A stretch of DNA of 33,031 nt from an uncultured Clostridia bacterium (lineage in GTDB: Bacteria; Bacillota; Clostridia; RUG12999), in the NCBI GenBank assembly GCA_949739095.1, contig CATIYX010000335.1, forward strand, positions 1-33,031, read 5' to 3'. The number at the start of each line of letters is the position of its first letter. The first letter of the stretch is position 1. The position numbers and the translations under genes are program-made. The notes under the pieces were generated by a model. It had not been told where the DNA came from and did not search any database. It worked only from the letters and a program-made list of their open reading frames with translations. Positions 24,800 to 30,250 of this stretch are shown here, piece by piece.

Positions 24800-24824
24800 T
24801 ACAATCACCCCTATCTTTTAGAAA

Positions 24825-26378
24825 TTATGCCGCCGGCGCATATTTTTGTGCAATTTGGAGCGCCTCATAGATTCCCATTTTTTCAAGAGAATCCAGATAA
24901 TCCTGAAAATGGTCCAAAGGCTCTACGCCAATGATAAACTTTGCGGTCATTTCCTGACAATATGGACGCACAAGGGAAAGAATCCGGTTGTATCGGTTCA
25001 AATCCTCCGGAGAGAAATTACGGCGCGGTTGTTTGAAAAAGATATCGCCCTGCGCCCAGACCACCGCTGCGTTTTGCTGGCAGGGAAGGTTGTTCAGCAG
25101 ACGATAAGGCTCGGACAAAATGACCTTTGTTCCGCCGCGAATTGTGAGACAATAGGGCGTGATGGCAGTGATGGCATCCAGACCATCCGGATTTTGTAAA
25201 ATCAAGTCCGTGAAGTGTTTTTGACCGCTTTCATTGACATAAGTAACACCCTCAATTCCCCAGTTCAACAGGTCGGTTGCTTCGTTGCTATAGAGATAGT
25301 CCAAAAAAGCAATTGTTTTTTCCGGATATTTATTGGCCGTTGTTATAGCAACGCCCAGTTCATCCACTTTTTCATCGATGTTCAGAGGATTATAAATCAC
25401 TCCGTCCGCTTTTGGCCATGGCACACCGATATACTCCATGTTTTTACCCTGTTCGGTGAGATAACTGTAGTACAGTGGCATTTGGCTGCCCAGATAACCA
25501 ACGCAAGCGCCTACTACATCCTGACTGACTCTACGGTTTAAGGATTGACGGTCCATCAGCAGGAAATCCTGGTTCAAGAGCCCTTCCTGATACCACATAT
25601 GTGCAGTTTCCAGAAACTGCCGGTAGCCGGATTCCATGGGACCGAAAGCGGCATTGCCTTCGCTAGTGTAATATACAGTAGATGGACCCACACCAAAAGC
25701 GCTTGCCATTAATATGAAAGAGGAGCCGTTTTCTATAGAAAACGGAATCTCATCCTGCAATCCGTTTTGATTGGGATCCTGCCATTTAAATGCACGCAAA
25801 ACGGCGGTCCACTCATCCAATGTCTGAGGAGGCTGAAGCCCAAGGGTTTCCAACCATTCTGAGCGAATCATAGGGCCCAGGTAGGCATTAATCGTGGGGT
25901 CGGATTTGATGGAGGGAAAATAGGCAATTGTACCATCATAGAGAAGAATGTCCTCCAAAATATCGGGGGATTCCTGAAAAATCTGATTTAAGTTTGGCGC
26001 AAATTGGGCGATATAGTCATTGAGTTTTAGAATGATATTTTTGTCAATTGCACTTTTTGCCCCGCCGCTGATGCTGTTCCAGTTTCCCTCAATCAAGTCC
26101 GGATATTGACCGGAGGAGAGCAGAAGCAAAAATTGTTCGTCTGAAGTGTAGTGGACAAAATGAATGTCCACACCAGTGCTCTCTTGAATTTTTTGATAGG
26201 CTGCCACTTCGTCGTAGCTAGAGATGAGGTTGGTGTCATAATTCCTGCAAAACCATTCAAGTGTAATGGATGTGGTGGCGGAGGAACCGCCGGAATTTTG
26301 CTGCTGTGTACAGGATGCCAAAATTGCCGTTGTCAAAAGGAGCAGTATGGCGGATACAAGTTTTCGATGTTTTTCCAT
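24825..26378 (-). CDS. Lipoprotein extracellular solute-binding protein (LplA/YtcQ-type, ~517 aa), co-transcribed with the AraC regulator
   Basis: ATG 26378 lies 7 nt after GGAGG. Lipobox ILASC (MEKHRKLVSAILLLLTTAILASCTQQ). It is a paralogue of the SBP at 28555-30132 (shared WLE.LGL..P.T.DEW...L.AFK.QDPN.NG..DEIP). The gap to the regulator gene is 25 nt. Confidence 0.9.
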   Translation of the reverse strand: MEKHRKLVSAILLLLTTAILASCTQQQNSGGSSATTSITLEWFCRNYDTNLISSYDEVAAYQKIQESTGVDIHFVHYTSDEQFLLLLSSGQYPDLIEGNWNSISGGAKSAIDKNIILKLNDYIAQFAPNLNQIFQESPDILEDILLYDGTIAYFPSIKSDPTINAYLGPMIRSEWLETLGLQPPQTLDEWTAVLRAFKWQDPNQNGLQDEIPFSIENGSSFILMASAFGVGPSTVYYTSEGNAAFGPMESGYRQFLETAHMWYQEGLLNQDFLLMDRQSLNRRVSQDVVGACVGYLGSQMPLYYSYLTEQGKNMEYIGVPWPKADGVIYNPLNIDEKVDELGVAITTANKYPEKTIAFLDYLYSNEATDLLNWGIEGVTYVNESGQKHFTDLILQNPDGLDAITAITPYCLTIRGGTKVILSEPYRLLNNLPCQQNAAVVWAQGDIFFKQPRRNFSPEDLNRYNRILSLVRPYCQEMTAKFIIGVEPLDHFQDYLDSLEKMGIYEALQIAQKYAPAA

Positions 26379-26434
26379 TGGCGTACCTCCATTTTTTCTG
26401 ATTCCCCTTTACACACGAGGGGAAGTATGTCTTT

Positions 26435-26463
26435 ATTATAGCATAGCAATAGTGGAAAATCAA
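26435..26463 (-). promoter_or_regulatory. Sigma-A-type promoter candidate for the SBP-regulator operon
   Basis: On the minus strand: TTGATT (26463-26458), a 17-nt spacer, then TATAAT (26440-26435). The predicted leader starts just upstream of the hairpin TTCCCCT/AGGGGAA (26402-26424) and the RBS. Confidence 0.5.
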
Positions 26464-26584
26464 ATGACTATCTATGGTATATTTTTGTAGTTGCAAACGG
26501 TAAAAGATAGGTGTCATAAGGGATGCGTGGATTTCATAAAAAACGGCGATAAAAAAGTGATGATGCAAAATAAAGGATTGATTC

Positions 26585-26613
26585 TTGAGGGTCATACTGG
26601 TTCTTGATAAAAT
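26585..26613 (+). promoter_or_regulatory. Promoter candidate (extended -10) for the permease-SBP operon
   Basis: TTGAGG (26585-26590), a 17-nt spacer ending in TGa, then TAAAAT (26608-26613). It lies ~62 nt upstream of GTG 26676. The -35 element is weaker, as expected for an activator-dependent promoter. Confidence 0.35.
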
Positions 26614-26675
26614 AGGCACAGAGATAAACGAAAGCGGCGAAAAAAGAAAAACCAAAAAGGAGATGGAGAAATAGA

Positions 26676-27626
26676 GTGAACAATATTGCGATTACACCAC
26701 AAAAAAAGAAAGCCGGACTTCGGATGGGAGGTCTCGTCCGAGAGTTGGCTACCAATAAGTATATTTATCTCATGGCGCTGCCGGGGCTTCTGTTTTATCT
26801 CATTTTTTGCTATGGTCCCATGTACGGAGCAATCATAGCGTTTAAAGACTACGCACCGGCGGCGGGAATATTGGCGAGCCCCTGGGTTGGACTTGAAAAC
26901 TTTAAACAATTTTTCACAGGGATGTATTTTACCCGAACACTTTTTAACACATTGTTGCTGAGTACATATCAAATTGTGTTTGGATTTCCGGCGCCGATAT
27001 TGCTGGCACTGTTGCTCAACGAACTACAGGGCAAGTATTTCAAACGGACGGTACAGACGATAACGTATATACCGCATTTCGTTTCTCTCATCGTAATATC
27101 CGGTTTGATTATTGATTTTACCATGCGTGACGGTATTATCAATGATATCATTGCCATATTTGGCGGTGGGCGGAGCAATCTGTTGATGCGTCCGGAAATG
27201 TTTCGTAGGATTTATGTGATTTCCGGCATATGGCAGGAAATTGGATGGGGCAGTATCGTCTATCTGGCGGCGCTGGGCGGCATTGATTCTTCTTTATATG
27301 AAGCAGCGAGAATTGACGGTGCAGGACGTATCCGGCAGACATGGCACGTGACACTGCCGGGCATTATGCCAACCATTGTTGTGTTGTTTATCATGCAAAT
27401 TGGCAAGGTCATGAGTGTCGGATTTGAAAAAGTAATGCTGTTATACAGTCCGGCGACCTATGAAACCGCAGACATCATATCGACCTTTGTCTACCGAAAA
27501 GGGATTGAGGAAGCGAACTACAGTTTTTCAGCTGCGGTGGGGTTGTTCAATTCTGTTATTAACCTGATATTGATTTTCGCAGCGAATACACTAAGCCGCA
27601 AAATCAACGAAACCAGCTTATGGTAA
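26676..27626 (+). CDS. Carbohydrate ABC transporter permease (LplB/YteP-type)
   Basis: GTG 26676 lies 7 nt after GGAG (AAAGGAGATGGAG). N-terminal 'KYIYLMALPGLLFYLIFCYGPMYGAIIAFKDY' and the EAA-like loop 'YEAARIDGAGRIRQTWHVTLPGI' are typical of this permease subfamily. Length 316 aa versus 318 aa for LplB. Confidence 0.92.
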   Translation: MNNIAITPQKKKAGLRMGGLVRELATNKYIYLMALPGLLFYLIFCYGPMYGAIIAFKDYAPAAGILASPWVGLENFKQFFTGMYFTRTLFNTLLLSTYQIVFGFPAPILLALLLNELQGKYFKRTVQTITYIPHFVSLIVISGLIIDFTMRDGIINDIIAIFGGGRSNLLMRPEMFRRIYVISGIWQEIGWGSIVYLAALGGIDSSLYEAARIDGAGRIRQTWHVTLPGIMPTIVVLFIMQIGKVMSVGFEKVMLLYSPATYETADIISTFVYRKGIEEANYSFSAAVGLFNSVINLILIFAANTLSRKINETSLW

Positions 27627-27645
27627 AAGAAAGGAGGTTGTTACA

Positions 27646-28530
27646 ATGAAAAAAGATGAATCCATTTCCCGCAGCATTTTTCGGGTGTGTAATGTCTGTA
27701 TGATGATTGCGCTCATGATTGTTTGTCTGTATCCTTTTTTATATATCATTTTTGCATCTTTTTCTGATGCAGCGGAGCTTCTCAAAACTACAGGGCTTTT
27801 ATTAAAACCGGCGGGCCTCTCTTTGGAGGGCTACAAAGCCGTACTGAATAACAAAGATGTTTATACGGGCTATGCCAACACCATTTTCTATGTTGGGGTC
27901 GGAACCACGCTGAATGTGATTGTGACAGCGCTTCTGGCATATGCCCTGTCAAGAAAAACAGTGAAATATGCAAAGCATATGATGGTTTTTATCGTCATCA
28001 CCATGTTTTTCAGCGGCGGTATGATTCCGACTTATTTGGTTGTCAAAAATCTGGGACTTTTAGATAACCGTTGGGCGTTGATTTTTCCGACACTGGTTTC
28101 AACCTATAACCTGATTGTTATGAAGACGGCGTTTATGGGCATTCCGGACAGCTTAGAGGAATCTGCAAAACTGGACGGTGCAAATGATATTATCGTTCTG
28201 TTTCGTATCGTTCTGCCGCTTTCCACATCAACCATTGCGGTCATGGTTTTGTTCTATGGCGTTTCCCATTGGAATTCCTGGTTCAACGCCATGATGTATC
28301 TGCCCACAAGGCGGGGACTGTATCCGCTACAGCTCATTTTGCGGGAGATTTTAATTAATGCCAGCACAGACAACATGATGATGGACAGCAGCTCCGGTGC
28401 GCGGGCATCACTGGAGGACGTTATTAAATATGCAACCGTGGTGGTTGCTACTGTGCCTATTTTGTGTGTTTATCCATTTTTGCAAAAATACTTTGTCAAA
28501 GGCGTCATGGTCGGCGCAGTGAAAGGTTAA
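27646..28530 (+). CDS. Carbohydrate ABC transporter permease (LplC/YtcP-type)
   Basis: ATG 27646 lies 8 nt after AAGGAGG. EAA-like loop 'EESAKLDGANDIIVLFRIVLPLS'. Length 294 aa versus 295 aa for LplC. Confidence 0.92.
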   Translation: MKKDESISRSIFRVCNVCMMIALMIVCLYPFLYIIFASFSDAAELLKTTGLLLKPAGLSLEGYKAVLNNKDVYTGYANTIFYVGVGTTLNVIVTALLAYALSRKTVKYAKHMMVFIVITMFFSGGMIPTYLVVKNLGLLDNRWALIFPTLVSTYNLIVMKTAFMGIPDSLEESAKLDGANDIIVLFRIVLPLSTSTIAVMVLFYGVSHWNSWFNAMMYLPTRRGLYPLQLILREILINASTDNMMMDSSSGARASLEDVIKYATVVVATVPILCVYPFLQKYFVKGVMVGAVKG

Positions 28531-28554
28531 AAATATTTTTAGGAGGGTACAACA

Positions 28555-30132
28555 ATGAAAAAGAAAACATTCCAAAGAATCATGACAGCGGGACTTGCGC
28601 TGACAGTTTCGGCAGGGCTTTTGAGCGGTTGCGGAAACGAAGCCGGCGGCAGCACTTCCGGCAAACTCACCATGTGGTGTGTGAACTATGCCAACAAATA
28701 TGTTTCCAACTACGGAGAGATTCAGGCGTTTCAGGAGCTGCAAAAAAACAGTGGCGTGGAAGTGGAATATCAGCATCCGGTAGTAGGTCAGGAAGCGGAG
28801 CAGTTCAATCTGCTGATGGCATCGGGAAACCTGCCGGATATTGTGGAAGCGGAATGGACCTCCCGGTATACCGGCGGTCTGGAAAAGGCGATTTCAGATG
28901 GGATTGTTGTCCCGATTCAGGATTATCTGGACAAAGCGCCGAATTATATGAAATTGTTAGAAGAAAATCCGGAATTGGAAAAAGGAACAAAATCTTCAGA
29001 CGGCAAACAGTTGATTTTTCATTCGCTGAAAGATGACATTAAAATCAATAGCTATACAGGACCGCAAATTCGCAAAGACTGGTTAGAAAAACTGGGACTT
29101 CCTGTGCCGACCACTATTGACGAGTGGTATACGACCCTCAAGGCATTTAAGGAGCAGGACCCCAATGGCAACGGCGTAGCGGACGAAATTCCGTTGGCGG
29201 ACGACAAAACCATGGCATTCCGGCATTTTGCAGCGGCATGGGGATGCTTGAAAGGCGAATTCTATAAAAACCCAAGAGGCGAGTTTGTCTATGGAAGCAT
29301 TGAACCGGAATATAAAGCATTTCTGGAAGAAATGCATAAATGGTATGAAGAAGGGTTAATTGACCAGGAGTTCGCTTCCATTACAAGAAAGAACGTAGAT
29401 GCGAACATGACCACAGATATTTCCGGCGCATTTGTAGGTCTGCTGGGCAGCCAGATGGGGAACTATATTGCTGCTATGCGGGGCACCGATTCAGACTATG
29501 AACTGGTGGGTACACCGTGGCCAATCGGACCGGCAAACAAACCCTATTGTGCAACACCCGGTGTGGCGCGGCTGACAGTATATGGCTATGGCGCAGCAAT
29601 CACCAAAAATTGTAAAAATATTGACAGCGCTATGAAATATCTGGACTATTGCTACAGTGATGAAGCGTTTGAACTGCAAAACTGGGGTATTGAAGGCGTG
29701 ACCTATACCAAAGGCGAAAATGGAAACCAGTACACGGATTTGATTCTGAAAAATCCGGAAGGTAAGAGCACAGTAGAAGCGATGGTTCCGTATGCAGTGC
29801 CTTCCTATGGCGGCACAAAAATGATAGACGGCGACGCATATGTAGCGTTCATGCATAACGAACCCGCCCAGAAAGAAGCGTCTGCTCTGTGGGCTTCCGG
29901 AGACAATTCCCTGCTGCTGCCATCCTATTGCTATACGGCGGAAGAAGCGCGGAAAATCAGCAACATCATGGGCGATATCACAACCTATGAAGATGAAATG
30001 TTTACCAAAATGATGATAGGGACTGTTCCGGTCAGCGAGTTTGATAACTATGTGGCAAAAATCAAACAGCTCGGCATCGATGAAGCGATTTCGCTCCATA
30101 AACAGGCATATGAACGGTATATGGGAAACTGA
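28555..30132 (+). CDS. Lipoprotein extracellular solute-binding protein (LplA/YtcQ-type, 525 aa)
   Basis: ATG 28555 lies 7 nt after AGGAGGG. Lipobox LLSGC (MKKKTFQRIMTAGLALTVSAGLLSGCGNE). Confidence 0.92.
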   Translation: MKKKTFQRIMTAGLALTVSAGLLSGCGNEAGGSTSGKLTMWCVNYANKYVSNYGEIQAFQELQKNSGVEVEYQHPVVGQEAEQFNLLMASGNLPDIVEAEWTSRYTGGLEKAISDGIVVPIQDYLDKAPNYMKLLEENPELEKGTKSSDGKQLIFHSLKDDIKINSYTGPQIRKDWLEKLGLPVPTTIDEWYTTLKAFKEQDPNGNGVADEIPLADDKTMAFRHFAAAWGCLKGEFYKNPRGEFVYGSIEPEYKAFLEEMHKWYEEGLIDQEFASITRKNVDANMTTDISGAFVGLLGSQMGNYIAAMRGTDSDYELVGTPWPIGPANKPYCATPGVARLTVYGYGAAITKNCKNIDSAMKYLDYCYSDEAFELQNWGIEGVTYTKGENGNQYTDLILKNPEGKSTVEAMVPYAVPSYGGTKMIDGDAYVAFMHNEPAQKEASALWASGDNSLLLPSYCYTAEEARKISNIMGDITTYEDEMFTKMMIGTVPVSEFDNYVAKIKQLGIDEAISLHKQAYERYMGN

Positions 30133-30196
30133 TGTAATTTCTGGGAATTTCGGATTTTAGCAGGAATTGAGAAGATTTTGTCGAATAATGAAAGAA

Positions 30197-30223
30197 AGGG
30201 CGGTCTGAAAAAAAGACCGCCCT
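30197..30223 (+). terminator. Hairpin (possible weak or partial terminator) after the SBP gene
   Basis: AGGGCGGTCT (30197-30206), loop GAAAAAA, AGACCGCCCT (30214-30223): a perfect 10-bp GC-rich stem. No U-tract follows on the plus strand, but a T-rich run would follow on the minus strand. Confidence 0.5.
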
Positions 30224-30250
30224 AACTGGAAAGACAGGTGAATACCGAAC

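Noticed and set aside
26534-26755. A hydrophobic 73-aa minus-strand ORF in the divergent promoter region.
   Set aside because: It overlaps the permease start and its RBS and leader, and has no RBS of its own. Its hydrophobicity comes from translating A/T-tract DNA (poly-Phe/Leu).
30144-30179. An imperfect ~20-nt direct repeat (GGAATT-n-GATTTT twice) between the SBP stop and the hairpin at 30197.
   Set aside because: It is short, degenerate and located 3' of a gene and upstream of a terminator-like stem. I cannot distinguish it from chance in AT-rich spacer DNA.
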